Positions 42,913-43,665 of a DNA stretch of 43,665 nucleotides are shown here, piece by piece (the stretch's first letter is position 1; every line of letters begins with the position of its first letter). The DNA is taken from the IMG/VR virus record IMGVR_UViG_3300010226_000010, positions 1 to 43,665 of that record. One strand, written 5' to 3'. The notes below the pieces were generated by a model. That model did no database searches. It was not told where the DNA came from and saw only the letters and a program-made list of their open reading frames with translations. Source of the stretch: a virus. Its lineage: Duplodnaviria; Caudoviricetes. Both the position numbers and the translations under genes were made by a program.

Positions 42913-43665
42913 TATGCTGCCTCCGGGTGCTTTTCTTCGAACCAGTCTCGGGTGAGATCGCGATCCTCAAGCAGATCGGGAGGAACACGGCATCCAGGCT
43001 GTCCGGGAGGTGGCCCCCACAGCCAAGTTTTCCAGTTGTCTCGAGGGCGGGCCATGCTGAGGGTCTTGGCCCACTTGACGCGCTGTTCGACCGGCGGGAG
43101 ATGCTGCTCCCATTGGCCGGCGACGATGTTTGCTGGCTTCGGCTTGCTGATGCCCCTGCCTGCTGCAATGCGCTGCTCGTAAGCTTCGCGGATCGGCTGG
43201 ACGAAATAGGCCCATGAGCCGGCAGGCCGCGCCATCTTCGCCGCCCGGGCCCTGATCGTCGGCAGAATATCGGTTTCGAGGTCGCAGCCGGCATCGAGCA
43301 AGCCGAGAATGGGAGCTAGGACGATGGCGCCGTGAGGCTGGATTTTGTCTCTGGCCGCCTCGAGCAGCCGTTCCGTCAGGCTTTCGAGGTCAGATTTTCC
43401 GCGCGCGGCTGCTGCTGACGGTTCCTTTGACGGTTCGAACGAAGTGGGCGCGGCAACTGGTTCCGGTAAACTTGGCGCCAGTTGCCGGTGAGATTGGTCC
43501 TTACCGGCAGATTTTGCCGGTTGGTTTTTGAAGGCCAAACGGATCAAATCGGACGCTCGATAGCCGTCATCGCGGCGGCGTTTTTCGCGAGAAATGAGGC
43601 CGGCATCTTCAAGCTTCTGAAGCCACTCACGCACCGATCGCTCAGATAGTTCCGTCTCTGCGGCG
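42912..43665 (-). CDS. Phage replication initiator, C-terminal part (continuation of 1..127)
   Basis: AAETELSERSVREWLQKLEDAGLISREKRRRDDGYRASD wHTH wing; EPSKEP linker. Confidence 0.85.
   Translation of the reverse strand, partial: AAETELSERSVREWLQKLEDAGLISREKRRRDDGYRASDLIRLAFKNQPAKSAGKDQSHRQLAPSLPEPVAAPTSFEPSKEPSAAAARGKSDLESLTERLLEAARDKIQPHGAIVLAPILGLLDAGCDLETDILPTIRARAAKMARPAGSWAYFVQPIREAYEQRIAAGRGISKPKPANIVAGQWEQHLPPVEQRVKWAKTLSMARPRDNWKTWLWGPPPGQPGCRVPPDLLEDRDLTRDWFEEKHPEAA
43451..43522. repeat. Iteron-like repeats inside the initiator gene (candidate origin)
   Basis: ACCGG(C/A)A repeats in both orientations, including ACCGGCA-GATTT-TGCCGGT. Confidence 0.55.

Larger units (their letters stand above)
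1..43665. mobile_element. Near-complete circularly permuted temperate P22-like podophage genome (alphaproteobacterial host)
   Basis: Full set of modules (integrase/xis, repressor/cro, replication, terminase, portal, coat, tail, lysis); no host genes; one gene spans the window ends. Confidence 0.93.

Overview
The window is essentially one complete, circularly permuted genome of a GC-rich temperate podophage of an alphaproteobacterial host (probably Rhizobiales, judged from GTTC-N7-GTTC SOS boxes, RcGTA-type head-spike genes and gene content). The replication-initiator gene is split across the two window ends and rejoins in frame if one base is added. Layout: leftward early/replication arm (cro, T5orf172 nuclease, cII-like, C5-MTase-like, RusA, DnaB, initiator, putative late regulator); an immunity region with a short peptidase-less repressor, five GGTA-N7-TACC operators, a LexA-box-linked ORF, a RelE/HigA-type TA pair and an adenine MTase; a rightward recombination arm (RecT-like, NinB-like, HNH, Lar fusion, xis, tyrosine integrase, probable attP); and a long minus-strand late operon (TerS/TerL, P22-like portal, head spikes, scaffold, P22-family coat, tail, ejection proteins, fibre, endolysin, holin, spanins). 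Most striking: a tRNA-fMet-like gene interrupted at the anticodon by an antisense, intron-less I-Ssp6803I-like PD-(D/E)XK endonuclease. Its 3' half carries its own acceptor strand (a 56-nt D-armless mini-tRNA ending in CCA) and is followed by a ~250-nt pseudoknotted ncRNA. Three HNH genes each appear to have duplicated or replaced the element they landed in (gene start, SOS box, holin). All assignments come from reading motifs by eye; no database search or folding program was run.
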